Under the pieces are notes generated by a model that had not been told where the DNA came from, made no database searches, and saw only the letters and a program-made list of their open reading frames with translations. Positions 36,265-50,519 of a stretch of DNA of 64,000 nt are shown here, piece by piece (within the stretch, counting starts at the first letter, position 1; every line of letters starts with the position of its first letter). The stretch is from positions 7,812,001 to 7,876,000 of the forward strand of contig CM035360.1 in the NCBI GenBank assembly GCA_020137815.1, given 5' to 3'. Made by a program: the position numbers and the translations under genes. The DNA is from Hormiphora californensis. Lineage: Eukaryota; Animalia; Ctenophora.

Positions 36265-37084
36265 TTAAATTCAATATGTTTGGGAAGATGTTTGTTACGC
36301 AAGGAGAGAGAAGGATAGAGAGAGAGAGAGAGAAATATTGGTTCAGATTGTGGTACCACCTACCCAAAAAATATTGGCATCTATAGAGAGATAGGGGCAA
36401 AGAGAAAAAAAAGAGTGCCTTCTAAACACTGGTTGCTCTCACCTTATTACATACTGAGATGCCATTATAGCCACTTTTTTCATCGCACATTGCTTTCCCC
36501 TGTCTGTCATAGGTCGCCCCTGCTGCAACTGTAGGTTATTCTCTTCTGACTTATTGAGAAGGACATCATATCCTAGAGTGGAGTGTGTGTGTTATAAATC
36601 TAAAGATTAGGTTGAGGTAACGCCACCATTGCTACATCTTTATATCTCCCGAGATGAGGTGTTCGCAGTGGAGTCTTTAAATGCACCCCGTGACCCGTCG
36701 TACAGTTTGAAGCCGTCAACTGGCATTGGGCAAGCTCAAAAGAAAAATGCAAGCAGATATCAGAATATGCCCTAAAATGAAGGGGCATTACGATTTTGAA
36801 GTCTAGAAAAACTCTACAATAAATAATTTCAGTTTGAGTGCAAGGGCAAAACTTGTGTGACAAAAAAGTGAAAAGTGTCTAAGAGTTTTAAATAACTGCA
36901 TTTTGTTTCTCTTTTATCGCACTGTTTAGGTTATTGGACTCTTTAAAACAGCTTTAGCGCTAAATCAATTGGAAGCAAGATAATAGCAAAATAAGCATTC
37001 ATTTCTAGCAGAAAAAGTAGCTTCAAAAGACTGCAAAGTGACAAGAAAAAGTTGCAAAGGCCCGGTGTGACTTTTTACGAGTTC

Positions 37085-37560
37085 AAAAGTTTGTCCAGAC
37101 TTGCTCTACGGGGGTAAACACACTGAGGTTGGTCGCTTGCGTTCGGCTCTCGGCCGCGTGAAACACACTGGGGTTCGAAGTTTCGCAGGAAAGTTCGGGG
37201 TTTTGCGAGGGCCCGTTTTTGGCTGGGGGGTCGCTTGTGGGATGCTAACTTGTTTGCTGGTGCATCTCTCGAGGTGTCCTTTGTCTATATCGAGTCGATT
37301 TCACCGTTTTTGGAATTTTTGGTGAATTGGGCCAACTGTGACCGAATTAGCCAAAAGTTTCGAAAGCGGTGGGATTGGCTCGGTATGGATGGGGGACATC
37401 TCGATAGATGTGCCAGTGGATGGGTTGGCCTCTTGCGGGTGATTTCTCGGCCGAAAATGGGTTTTCGCGGGACTTCGAGCTTCAGTGTGTCGCGAGGTTG
37501 GGATTTGAGCGAGCGCACCCAACTTCAGTGTGTCTCCCCCTACGCCCAACGAACATAGAC
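37085..37560. mobile_element. Degenerate palindromic element; relative at ~41245-41620
   Basis: Inverted arms around CAACTGTGACCGAATTAGCCAAAA. The same core is at ~41408. Confidence 0.6.
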
Positions 37561-37963
37561 CAAAGCTTCAACTTTTTCAATTTGAGAATACAAAATGGTT
37601 GGAGCAAGTTTTGGGATTTCAACGAAAATTTAAAAATTTTGACTCTAAAAAACTTTTTTTTTCAAAATTTGGTGAAAACGGGCAAAAACGGTCACGCGCA
37701 GCTGCGCGGCGCTAGAAACAGAGCGTGGGAAACAGCGCGGCTGAGGTATTGCGCGTTCCAAATCGTCCCTAGACGCATGGCTGTCCGAGGCGCTTAAGTG
37801 CCGATAGACAGACTGCGTAGCATGGCAAAAAATGACCGCGCATGTGAAATTTATCAATTTTGACGCGCACACCACTCGTTAACATGTGATGTGACGCGCA
37901 AAAACATTCCGCGCACGAAAAGGGGGGTGACAACTTCAAAAAATCCGACTTTAGACACTGTCT

Positions 37964-38963
37964 ACGGTTGGCCACATTGATGCCTGAGTGAGATCGAGGT
38001 CGCGCAGCGACCGAGATCGATCTCACATCACGGAGCGAGAATAGGTTGCATTGGAGCCAATGTCTACGGTGGCAGATTCCGGCCAAGAGTTTTTCCAATC
38101 AAGTGAAATATTTTTGATAATTTCAAAATAAAAATAAACATGTCGTTAAAATTGTTGGCCGGAATCTGCCACGCGAGTGGCAGATCTCGGCCAAGATTCT
38201 TAAAAAAAACCTTGGCCAGAATCTGCCACACACGTGGCAGATTCCGGCCAACAAACTGAAACTTACTTATATCAAGGCGAAAACCGCTATACCCGACTTA
38301 CGCTGAATCACGTAAACAACTTTTCCAATCCCTCAAGGGTCGGGAAAGTGTCCTTATTGAGCATAATAGGGTCTAATTGACCCAACTTACAACTTTTCAC
38401 CTGGAAACGATAGACGCTTATGTGAAGGCACTTTTCCGACTAATTTTGATACGCTGAATCACGTAAGCAACTTTTCCAAGCCCTCCGAGGTCGGGAATTT
38501 GCCCTAATTGAGCAATTAAGACCAATTAGACCTAATTATACCCAATTAGGGCAAATTCCCGACCTCGGAGGGCTTGGAAAAGTTGCTTACGTGATTCAGC
38601 TTATCAAAATTAGTCGGAAAAGTGCCTTCACATAAGCGTCTATCGTTTCCAGGTGAAAAGTTGTAAGTTGGGTCAATTAGACCCTATTATGCTCAATTAG
38701 GACACTTTCCCGACCCTTGAGGGATTGGAAAAGTTGCTTACGTGATTCAGCATATCAAAATTAGTCTGGTACAGCGGTTTTCGCCTTGATAATGATATAA
38801 GTAAGTTTCAGTTTGTTGGCCGGAATCTGCCACGTGTGTGGCAGATTCTGGCCAACAATTTTAACGACATGTTTATTTTTATTTTGAAATAAACTTTTTA
38901 TAAAACTTCAAACAAAAATATTTCACTTGATTGGAAAAACTCTTGGCCGGAATCTGCCACCGT
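37964..38963. mobile_element. ~900-bp foldback element with 9-bp TSD (Mutator-like)
   Basis: TSD ACACTGTCT at 37955-37963 and 38964-38972. TIR ACGGTGGCAGATTCCGGCCAAG. Near-complete palindrome centred near 38530. Confidence 0.85.
37968..38060. mobile_element. 93-bp micro-MITE (TTGG...CCAA) with 9-bp TSD, inserted in the terminus of the adjacent foldback
   Basis: TSD TGTCTACGG at 37959-37967 and 38061-38069. Confidence 0.85.
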
Positions 38964-39409
38964 ACACTGTCTATATATCAGAGGGACTAAGATATCTCGG
39001 AGCTCCCCTGGGTAACCCGTCGGTACCGACGAGTTTAAAAATCAGTACGTCAGGCAACAGGTTGTCAGGTTTAGATGTGGGCCCATGGCGCTTACCAGCC
39101 CCTGGAAGACATCATATTAATCATCTACCTTCATCCTGACAATCCCAGCAACCCACTGACCCCGAACAAACGGAAACTTCTGTCAGTTGTCCCTGTCCGC
39201 CATGGGGGCCTTGACCTTGGAATCTTCAAGTTGGCGTGAAGTTCAACCCTTGCCATGCTACGCAGTATGTCCATTCGGCCCCTTAAGCCCCTTACGCTCG
39301 GCCCCTGTCAGGCCAATGCTCTGACCACAGTTCTCGCGCAGAAATGAGAATAGGGTCAGGCCAATGCTCTGACAGCTCGGCCCGGTGTGAGAGCCGACAG
39401 ACTGAGAAC

Positions 39410-39472
39410 TTGGTGACACATAGACACCCACACAAGTGTGAGCTCAATCTTGGTCGCGCCAGGTGTCACCAA
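39410..39472. mobile_element. 63-bp micro-MITE TTGGTGACA...TGTCACCAA
   Basis: TSD ACTGAGAAC / ACTGAGGAC (one mismatch). Confidence 0.75.
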
Positions 39473-40150
39473 ACTGAGGACATGTAAATTCAACCCCATC
39501 CAGATCGCGGATTTCGAATACGCCAGTTCTGCTGCTGTGCCACTCCAAAATCATTACCGAACAGAAAACACAATTTGATCCTGAGACTTTGCACTTGCTG
39601 AAGGAACTGGTTTCTGCGAAGTCGGAGATGTTGACCACAAAACGGCTGACTGCTGAGCCAGACCATGGGTGAGGAACTTGTGAGAGAGGCACTACCACCC
39701 ACCGAACGCTGTTCGGAACATCGTTTTCACCCAGATAGAACACGGCGAGGGTCGTCCGCGTCCATTATATAATATGGGTAACATCTCTCCCCCTCATGGA
39801 ACATAGGTTCAATCTAAATAAACAGGAGTTCTGGGACTCCATGTCCCTCCGCTATTGCTTGGAACTTGAGAGTAGACTTGGTGACATTGACACCTAGTGC
39901 GTGCGAGATCGAGCTCAATCTTGGTCTTGCACGGTGTCTATGTCACCAAAGAGTAGACCACCAAATTTTCCGTGTGGAAAATCTAACACCACTGAACACA
40001 GCTGTGCACAGACTCTGCAGAGCTCTGGTAACCTTGGTTGTTACGTTCAGCTCCGGCATAATGAGATCCGGAACCTTACTACAAACCTGCTGGAAGAGGC
40101 GGGATGCCGTGATGTTTCAAGAGCACCCAATCTTCTCCCACAAACCTACG
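39470..40150 (+). pseudogene. CRE-clade retrotransposon fragment (post-RT / degenerate Zn finger / RHN motif) interrupted by a micro-MITE
   Basis: WVTSLPLMEHRFNLNKQEFWDSMSLRY...[insert]...PNFPCGKSNTTEH...GCYVQLRHNEIRNLTTNLLEE..CRDVSRAPNLLP. Confidence 0.75.
39878..39949. mobile_element. 72-bp micro-MITE TTGGTGACA...TGTCACCAA
   Basis: Perfect 9-bp TSD AGAGTAGAC. Removing it rejoins the CRE-like motifs on either side. Confidence 0.88.
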
Positions 40151-43100
40151 AAAAATTGAAAATTTAATTTTAAGTTCAGACACACCAGCGGCTGTTAATT
40201 GTTAAAGCTGGCGAAATTTTCCGGCTAACTCTAATAAAATCGGCAAACACTGCCAGCAATGTTCGCCTTGATGTTGGCAACAATTATTGTTGCTGCCAGG
40301 GATTTTTGGCTTCTAATCCATGGAATTCTTGCTTGGGCCTTGAACTTTTGGGGGAAAGCCAATTTCTTCACCAATTGGTAGTCGACTGTGAGTCCAAGGG
40401 GTCCTACATCACCAAAAAAAAGTTTCAATCTCAATTTTTAGGGGAAGTCCTAAAATTACAGTCCTAGAATTACATGGTAAACCCAAACCGTAAATCAACT
40501 TAGGAATTGAGTTAAAGTGAGAGAGAACGTCCTAGAACAAAATGAATAGAACCATCTTTCTCGGCGTTAAATTCTGCATCGATTATAGTGGTTATAAACC
40601 TTTCTATGACGTAAGGTTCAGAAGTTGTCGCGAAAAACCCCAAACGGGTACATGTGTTAGGGGCGGGTTCATGTTTTAGGCTAACGGGCGAACCTCTTGT
40701 CAGAACACCATAACAGAACCGCCTACCCGTTTTTAAGTAAATTCCTTAAAAAGTATCGCTGACACGTCCAGGCATGGCACCCCACCCCACAATTACTATA
40801 CTTTACGTAGGGCGCGATGGCACGCCAGGACATGATATGTCACTAGTCCAAGATTTTAGCCTCCGAATCTGCTGTTTTTTACCAACTTTGTCGAATTTTC
40901 ACGGCCAAACTATAACTTAATTTGAATTGATTTTATCACAATTGTCCTAGGTATAGTCCACAACACCATCTCACCGAATATGAAGTTTCAAAAACGCGAT
41001 CTTCATCGAAATTCAACTTCAAAAACAGTGTTAATGATGAAATAACATCAAAATTAACATACTACACAATTCTTGAGACAATTTCATGGCTGTAGAAAAA
41101 GGATTTAGCCAAATCTGTTTTATGGTTGAGGCAGTATTAATTTTTGAAAAATATGAAACCGATTCTGTTACCCCTACATAGGGCATTGCGATAGTAAGGC
41201 ACGTTTTAGCGTGCCCGCAATGTAGGGGGAACTGCGTTACCAATGAAGTTCGAAGTTTCGCGGAAAAGTTCGAAGTTTCGCGAAAACCCATTTTCGGCTG
41301 AGAAATCATTTGTAAGATGCTAGTTTATTTACTGGTATATCTCTCGAGGTGTCCTTTATCAATACCGGGTCAATTTCACCGTTTTTAAATTTTTTGGTGA
41401 ATTGGAACAACTGTGATCGGATTAGCCAAAAATTTCAAAAACGGTGAAATTGACTCAGTTAGGATAAAGGAAACCTCGAGAGATGTACCAGTAAACAAGT
41501 TAGCCTCTTGCAAAAGATTTCTCAGCGGAAAATGGGTTTTCGCGAAACTTCGAACTTCGAACTTCAGTGTGTGTCGCGAGATTTGAACGAGCGCGCTCAA
41601 CTTCAGTGTGTCCTCCCCCCTTTGGACTCTTGAGAGTTGAACCGAATTCTGGGTCTTCACACAGTGTAAATTACACCTAACGGCCATACACCCAATAGGA
41701 TGTTGATATCGGCTGCTCAGCATGTTCAGCCAATCTGCATCTCTCCAGTACTACGATATGATAACTACTGTGCAGTGATTCCTAATGATGTTCTATCAGT
41801 GCGGTCACTTCATTTCGGTAAGTAGCTAACTGCATTCTGTTTATATTTTCCTATAAATATCCGTCTTTAAAAGGGATTTAAATAAGAAATAGAAACAGTA
41901 GTAAGTGCCCTTAGCAACTTGGGCCCTGTTTCAGCTGCCTATAGGCCTAGGAAGGTACACAGTATATTATGTGCATTATATATATCACCAGTTTAGTAGC
42001 TATGAGCGGGTGCACAGGAGGTGCATCGTGTTAATCCAGCTGATAGAGTCGGCTAATAGAGTCTGCAGACAAGTCAAGCGTTTTTGTGTTTTCTCTCTCG
42101 TACCCCCTCCGAACTAGAGGGTAAAAGCAGTTGTGGTATGTGATCTGATCCCTTAAATGTGACCCGCTCTTCTTATTGGTGGTGCTATTCCACTTGTTTC
42201 GGTCGAGCACTTCCTTATTGGTATTAATATATCATCTTCCTTTCACTCGTTGCAATGACGTATAATGTGTTCGTACTGTTTAATCACACAATGCATAAGT
42301 AAAGTATCTGTATAGCGCTCCAACGCTTTTTGAGCTTTACAAATCCAGGAAGGGATTATTTTTACAGTGAGGATTTATCTCGTGTATATCCCATTATTTC
42401 TGCACTTATGCAGTTTTCTATGCCGCTAGAGAATTCTAACTCTCCTTGACTCCATCCTTTTCTCTCTTTCTATCTATCTCTCTCACAAACCCCCTCTCTC
42501 TGTATATATCTCTTACACAAACCCTCTCCTTTCCTCTCTCTATCACGTAGTCGTTTTCCTAAATATCTCTCCCACCACCTATTCCCTATATACCCTGCGA
42601 ATGCAGTGCTCAATTTAATAGGCTTGTGTAAATTATTATTGCCGGACGTACTTCCAGATTCTAGTCTGCACTTGTATTATGCTATAATGTATACATTCAT
42701 TTTTCACTGATTCTGGATTCTGTTCACCCATATCTCTCTCTAGTTTCTGGTCAATGGAGGGTCCTGCACGTCTTGTTGTGGAGGAATCTACCTTTGTAGC
42801 AGTGGTTGGAGAAGTGGAAGAGTGCCCTTCTCCTAGCGAGGTAAAGAAAATATGTATTAGGATATCCAATATTGATCTGGACAGGTATGTTCGTGAAAGA
42901 ACGGAACAAGATAGAGCCAAGCGGCCTGTTCCAGCGTCTTCCTTGGACATTTTTTCCCTGCCCGGGTGGATGCCCGAAGGGCATCCACCCGGATGATCGT
43001 TTTAGCACGTGTGCTAAAAAGATCATAAAGGGTTTAGAAATCTCGGATTTGAAATAGTAACTCGAGCGTGGTCAAAATCGCGTGTGTCACGGTAGCAGCA

Positions 43101-43481
43101 TAGTAACTGCTCCTTCATAAAATCAAATGACAAATATGATGTCAGGACGCATATTTTTCAAAGCGCGGCGCTCACTAAAAGAGGTGTTGCTGAAGGGGTG
43201 AGGGTATAACAGTAACACTGTGTAACTGCATACATACAGGACGCATGCATCTCACATTGTGACCAAGCCTTGATATTGTAATACTGATAGTGTGATACTG
43301 ATCCTGTCGACGGAGGGCAGGGAAACACCGCATTATGAATACATAATGCAATAATTCTTGTTGGGCTGGGCTGGCATGGTTAGAGCCTTCTCATGCTTGC
43401 TCTATGGTCTCACAGGCAATAAGTTCAGACATTACTCCAGCTGCCGTTTTATCTTTTAACTTAATTTTGGACCAATACGAC

Positions 43482-44061
43482 GGTGTGCGGACTCTAGTGC
43501 TACACTCTAAGTCTACAGTGGACTCTATATCTAAATTTAGATTTAGATAAAGAGTCCAAATAAGTCTAAACTCTGGGAGGACTCTTTATCTAAAAAGTCT
43601 ACACAGGGCGGACTCTTTATCTAAAAAGTCTAAACAAAGTGGACTCTATATCTACATAAATCTAAATTAGATATAGAGTCCGCCTTTCGCCGCGAACTCG
43701 AGATTTCGGCCGTTAGGCCGGAAACGAGAGTTTGCTCTACCCCTATACTAATTTAGAAGTGTTAGGGCCGTTATTTGGGTTCGAGGTTAGGGTTAGGGTT
43801 AGTGTTAGGGTTAGGTTTTGGGTTGGGTTAGGATTTTAGATATAGAGTCCGGGTTGGAGGATTTGGCGCCAAAATGTACTAGAGGACTCTATATCTAAAA
43901 ATTCTACACAGGGCGGACTCTTTATCTAAAAAGTCTACACAGGGAGGACTCTTTATCTAAACTTTTTTCAAAATCTAACTGTAGATAAAGAGTCCGTTTT
44001 TAGATATAGAGTCCGCCTTGGATTTAGATAAAGAGTCCGTTAGCACTAGAGTCCGCCCACC
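43482..44061. mobile_element. Second copy of the GGACTCT/(TTAGGG)n Mutator-like MITE
   Basis: 9-bp TSD CAATACGAC. Colinear with 29845-30407. Confidence 0.88.
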
Positions 44062-44948
44062 CAATACGACCTACTTCCGGATAATTTGGAAGGTTCTCAA
44101 CCCTTTATGTTGCTATGGCTTGAGGTAATCCATAAACCCTTCTGAAATTTTTTCACACGTGCTAAAAAGATCATTCAGGGTTTAGAAATCAGCAGATTGT
44201 GTAGTTAACTAAAAGTGTCAACAGGGACAAAATGGGTCAACAGGGACAAAATGAAAATACGGTGGTTTATTAATCAGAACAGTTTCGATGTAACAACATC
44301 TTCATCAGCCTCAAATTAATTTGTGTTGAAAAGTTTGAAACATCGAAACTGTTATGATTAATAAACCACCTTATTTTCATTTTGTCCCTGTCAAATCTCT
44401 AAGACTAATTTTTTTTCTGAACAAAATGGCATGATCAGTGAAAAGTCCTAAATGGCTATAGCCATATAGCCAAACTATGGTTATGTGCATATCTAATTAT
44501 CCAATTATCCAATTGACCAGATGAGATAGAGACTTAATTGCAGCACCCAGGATGCCTTTTGCTAAAAGGCATAGGGGTTTAGAAATATGTAACGGATATA
44601 GTGACCATCTGTAGGGTAACGATCCATTTGGTCACACTTTTAGTTGCGAGGGGCAACGTGTAGCAACTAGAGCCGTGCACACAACTGACAACAACAAACT
44701 GCTCCTGCATAAACAGTGTAGTATTATGCTTGGGAGACTTGCTACCAGTGCCCCGGTGGGAAAGTGCGTGTCACAATGTGTGTTAATCATTTCCTTTGTT
44801 GCATCAACGAAGCTTGAGATGAAAGATTTATGAAGGAGCAGATTTTGTTACTATGTGTAACACTAACAGTGGACAGACGGACACTTATTTCTAAACCCTA
44901 ATTTCCCCTACTACAATCGATTCGTCTTGGTTTAAAAAAATGTGTAAT

Positions 44949-45869
44949 ATTAGAGTGTCCCATAAATATTGTCCCTCGGACATTTTCAATAGAATCGGAT
45001 GTTTTGAAGCAAAATGAATGGTTCTACGGTATTCCTGACACCCTTGGCTTCATTTCTATATGTCAGGCATTCTACATGCTCATACAGAAGGGTAGCTATC
45101 GGCGAATTTATTAGGCCAGTCTTGTGACGATCTTCGAACTGACTTTGGTCCGTCCTGTACCTGCACAAATTCATCTCGGCCACATCTAATCTCAGGAAAG
45201 TCATCACTGATCCCTTACGAGATAGTGTAGTGAGTTACAGGCATCGGAATGATGCTCACACATCTCTATGACAATTTATGTGCTCACCAAATCGACAAAT
45301 TAACATCGCTTTCCAGCACTAAAAGTGGCTACCTCATAAAATTATGTGTCTCGGCCCCAGATGGGCCACCTGAATGCGATTGATGGTCCTATGTAGTAGA
45401 GAAATTCTATTCTAGTTTTCTTAGGCCGAATTCAAGACTGTCATTCATTGGCTTCTTCTCACAGTCTTTGTTTTCTGTCAAAAATGTCTCCAGCGGCCGT
45501 TTTGAGTGAACTCTGTTCAAGGAGTGATAGCCCTATAAACGAATGGCTCTATTCAAAAATTAAAGGTCCATGGAGCTCCCGGAGGATGCCCCCTTAGTCC
45601 CAAGCAGGTGAACGAGCAGTCCATCTCCTTATTTTAGCACAGGAACAACTTCATGATCGAAATTTTGAAGATCGTAGTAAGACATACGTGTAAAGATTGG
45701 CCCGTAATTCCTAAACTATACTACCTTGGCTTGAGACATCCCTGACCTATAGGAATAGAGCCAAGTATGCCAGGAATACCGTAGGACCGTTTATTTCATT
45801 CAAATCATCAGATTCTTGGCAAAACTACTAGATATACTGGGGGACAATGTTTATGGGACACCCTAATAT
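44949..45869. mobile_element. ~920-bp TIR element, non-autonomous DNA transposon
   Basis: ATATTAGAGTGTCCCATAAATATTGTCCC / GGGACAATGTTTATGGGACACCCTAATAT. Confidence 0.65.
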
Positions 45870-46813
45870 GTATAAGCTATCCAGTTTCTAATCACATTTA
45901 AGTTTGATTTTATATACATGCCCACAAATTGTCTCTATCACCGCATTGTATTTAAAAAAGAAAACATTATATAATGTTAGGTTACAACGAGTATTTTGAC
46001 TTGACTAGAGGCAGCAGTGAGTGAGTAGGATTGTATATGAAAGCATATTATATCTTATCGAATAACAGACCTCCTACTTTGAGTATAGCTGTAATGTGAT
46101 GTAGCTGCAAACTAAGCAAGGAAGAGCTGTCTAGAGAGAGAGAGAGCGAGAGAGAGACGAGGAGGAGAGCAGACAAGCGGAGGAGGGAGAGATGAGAGAG
46201 GAGAGGAGAGAGAGAGAGGAGAGCGAGAGAGAATAGAGAGAGCGAAGAGAGAAGCCAGAGAGTAGAAAAGACTAGGCGCGCCCTAGCAATCGGATGCGGA
46301 GAGTGCTAGATAGTAGAGCGAGAGAGAATAGCTGCAGGCGAGAGCTCTTCGTATCGACCTACATCTACAGCCATGCATAGAGCTATCTGAAGTCTACTCT
46401 ATTCGCTCATCATCTCGTCTCTATCTCTCATCTCGCTCTCTCTATCTCTATCTCTCTACTCTCTCTCTCTTTCTCTCTCTCTCTTGATGAGTATCACAAA
46501 GTAACTTTTCTCTTATATAGACCCCGCTGGCTCAAATGGACGCACGCCACACATTTGCATTTGTCACCTCTCTTTACTTCTCGTGTGCTCGTTTTTTGCG
46601 TGCCTATCACATGTTCAAGTTTGCCTTGCTCGACCCTGTTTCCCGCACCCCAAATGATAGAACATAACAAATCAACAACGTTTTCTAATTTCTTTCAACA
46701 TTAATATTGTTCATTATAACATATATGTTTTCTTATCCTTCTTCGGCTATCCCATTCCATCCCTTTTTGTCTCTCTTGCTAGTTGCAGTGTTGGTTTTTC
46801 TGTTTCTCCCTCT

Positions 46814-46869
<56 letters not shown>

Positions 46870-46874
46870 ATTGC

Positions 46875-46907
<33 letters not shown>

Positions 46908-46941
46908 CCTCTCTCTCTTTCTCTCTCTCTATTTATCTCTC

Positions 46942-47001
<60 letters not shown>

Positions 47002-48081
47002 ATTTCTATCTTCTCCTCTTTCTATCAATCTCTCCCGCACATTCTCTAAGTCTGTCCTTTTCCATGTCTCTACTGCAGCACTGATACACGCAGGTAACTG
47101 CAGCTCAGCTGTTAAGTATTATTATACAGGGCCCCGCCAAGTCAATGTTAATTGCTACTCGCCCAGAAACACTCCAACTAGACACTCCCACTTTAGTTTT
47201 GTTATACTGCTGCACTGTTAATTACTGTCAAAATAGGACATGCAACAGAACATGATGTATAGGATTAGTTTCCCCATCACTACCTTGATAGTTGTTATGT
47301 TCTAACCCTCTCTTTACATTTGTAAAGGGCGGGGATCGCTAGGCAACTTGATAGTTGTATGAAATGGTAGACGTTTGTCATACATTACAAAGCAACTTAC
47401 AAAAAGTACTTCTGTCCCGTACTAGTATACATACCCACGCGGCGCCGCTACACGTATTTTGATTGGGTTGTTAGCACTTGGCGATGTGTCACGGATTAAT
47501 TGAAATATCACAAAAGTAAAGCAATGGTTCGACGTAGAAGTATTATCGGGGCTTTATTAGAGCAGGCAGCAGTGGATCACATCTCGGTATAATATTAGGA
47601 TGCTGATTTCTTTATTCATTTAACAAAATAATATTTTTCCCTGCCCAGGTGAATGCCGAAGGCATTCACCCGATCATTCGGGTCCTGAATGATCGTTTTA
47701 GCACGTGTGCTAAAAAGATCATACAGGGTTTTGAAATCTTAGATTTGAAATAGTAACTCGAGCGTGGTCAAAATTACGTAACATCACGTCAGTGCATATT
47801 AACTGCTCCTTCATCAAACCAATTAACTGGTTTCATTAAATATGATGTAATCATTTATAATGGGAATTATGTGCCACCGTGCATGGCTATTCGGGAACTT
47901 CCTCCATGAACTTAACCAATATAAACGTCATGGTGCCCTCCTGCTACGAAGCTCTCCAATACCCAGTCTTATCATATTCACATTATGAACCCCTGAAGTT
48001 GAAGGCAGGGAATCACGGCACTATGGATACATTATAGTGCAATTCATATTATTGTTATCTTGAAATATTTACACTTAATAA

Positions 48082-48326
48082 AGTCGGATTTTTTGAAGTT
48101 GTCACCCCCCTTTTCACGCACGGCGTCGTATTTGTGCGTGACAGCCCCCACTTGCTCTCGCTTTGCGGCATAAAACCGCATATCACCGGAAAGAGCATAA
48201 TTTTGTGAGTCCGTAAAACTTTTGATCGAGTCAAGAAACAAAGGCGTGAGAGCCAAAACAAGTTTCCGGCGCGCAAATAAAAACTCGTGCGCCACCCAGG
48301 GGGTGACAACTTCAAAAAATCCGACT
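48082..48326. mobile_element. Kolobok-like MITE, AGTCGG TIR family
   Basis: ATAA|AGTCGGATTTTTTGAAGTTGTCACCCC ... GGGGTGACAACTTCAAAAAATCCGACT|TTAA. Confidence 0.75.
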
Positions 48327-48481
48327 TTAAGTGTGAGAGAAAATCACCAGTTTTGGCAAATCATCTTGCTAGGCACGAGTGCGGCTCATGACACACAACC
48401 TAGAATTTACACACACCCCCTGGAACTGCCATTTGGCCAGATTGCAGTTTCCTGAGGGTAAACCATTTTTTAATAGATATA

Positions 48482-49030
48482 ACTAGTAGGCCCGTTCGCC
48501 CTACGGGCGAATTTCGGGGAAATGGTAGCTGGATTAGGGAACGCTGACATCACCTGCACCATCCGTTCCTAGCCTATCTCTCACTTTCTCCCTACCCATG
48601 TCAATCAATCAATCAAAACACCGCTCGGTGGCGGGGTGCCTCTTTATTACTGGGCAAATATCATTGTTGTACGCTCTGGGCTTCCTGACAATGTCAAGGT
48701 GCGAATTTAAGAGATCAATGTCATGGAGGTGCAGTGCTGTTCCAGAAATTCATCACGTGAAAACTTGGCCGCTATGTAGCCGATTCGGAGATTTCTATAT
48801 TCGACTGGAGTAATCACCCTTGGGCGACGTTGGGTAAAGCTATCCGTAGTCGTTGATTGGCTCGCTTGAACACGTTGGCGTAATCTGTCATATTCTCTAG
48901 CCTGCTCTCTGACAGCAGCAGATCTTCCGGACCCAGATGACTGTTGCCGAATAGCGCTTGGGGTTGAAGAGTTAGACATCAGGACAAAAGTAAAAGAATG
49001 CACGTGCAGAATTGAATTTCCCTTAGTACC
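48482..49030 (-). mobile_element. Helitron 3' end with an adjacent short ORF remnant
   Basis: Minus strand TTCGCCC-GTA-GGGCGAA hairpin, then CGGGCCTA CTAG|T. ORF 48707-49033 is on the same strand. Confidence 0.55.
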
Positions 49031-50519
49031 CAAAACTGCAACTGGGAGTGAGGTTTCTAAGTTGCTCTAATAATTGCACGTGCAGGTGTAGTTGCTAGGT
49101 GATGTAGCACTGACAATTTGAATAGTAAGTAGTATGATTTCATAGTGACCTAGACTTTTTTGTGTACACTGTACAGTGTACAGTGTATACCAAAAGTCAA
49201 AACTATATGTACGTTATACGACGTATAAGTATATTTTGGCCTTCTTTTCTCCCAGAATTTTAATTTCGATCACTCTGATATTTGGACACGATGTTTGTAG
49301 TGGTACTGGCTCGAGGAACCCAAAGTTTCAGTGCTCAGAACAAAAATTCATTTTTCACACCGGAATGAATATTGAATGAACGCCACTTTAATTTTTGGTT
49401 CTGGAGTTTTACAATTTTGTTTGGCTTTTAAATTTCTTTCTGATGCGACCATTGTGAGCTTAATTGGATCACCACAAAATCAGTTTTCTAACCCTAGGTT
49501 GGGTCATGTGATCCCCATCAAATTATGACGTGTTAGTATAGCAAGAGAACTTACATTCTAACGTACGCTGTTTCTGGTATCGGTACACCGTCCTCATTAG
49601 CAGAGGTGATACGTGATACTCGACCAATATGCCTGCTTATAGTAATGACGCTTTAGTCTCAATGGGGGTCACGTGACCAGAACTATCAACTAGGGTTAGG
49701 AAACTGGCCACTGTTTCTTATCGTGGTCCAACTGAGCTTAGATTAGTCGCATTTGAAAGGAAATCGATACCCAAAGGTGACATTCCAGTTCGGAAAAGCC
49801 TTTCCTGATTTCAAGTTCATTCCAATCATTAATTTTTTTTTAAATTAATTTTTTACAACTCACTCTTTCTTCAGGATTGTAATCCGTCCCGGCAGTTAAC
49901 ACCAGTACTTGAGTCATCCGAGGGTAGTCCCAAGATAACACACCCTTTACCAATACTCCAGCGGGATAAACATGCCACACCCCGAAGTAGATTTCGATCG
50001 GAACCCGTCATACACGCCATCACGTAAGTAAACCCGCTCACGAATACTTTTCGAAACAACTGTCACATACTTTCTTCTGAAAATCCTACCACAACCGTGC
50101 TTATAAATGGAATTAGGGGGTGAGGTGATCCCTGTCTTTTATGATCTTGGAATTTAAAACTGTATAGACTGAAACGCTGCACTGGTATGGACGATGAAGC
50201 TGCATATTTTCGTTATTTTTTCTTCACGTATGATCATTGGTCACAGATCAGTTAATTGCACATGTATTCTCTCATGCTCAAGTGGGAATAGCTTCGAAAT
50301 TCATTGGTGGGATTTCCAAAGATTATCCGACAGTTATTGTTTCTTGTACAACTTTTCTAGGTACAATGCGAATTATGTAGTTAGTAGTAGTGTGAAAAAC
50401 CATGTCAGATGAACATACATTTTTCTCAAAATGGGGTTTATTTAATTCAACTTAAATTTGTATTACCCCATAATCTTGATTCAAGTTATGACATGCAAGT
50501 TCATATTTTGCTTTTGTCG

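Noticed and set aside
38067-38962. Tc1/pogo assignment from flanking TA
   Set aside because: A perfect 9-bp duplication (ACACTGTCT) with ACGG...CCGT ends explains the flanks better.
42754-42996. 80-aa ORF with ISNIDLDRYVRE, faintly like a transposase HTH lead-in
   Set aside because: Too short, runs into a HINE-like element, and has no catalytic motifs.
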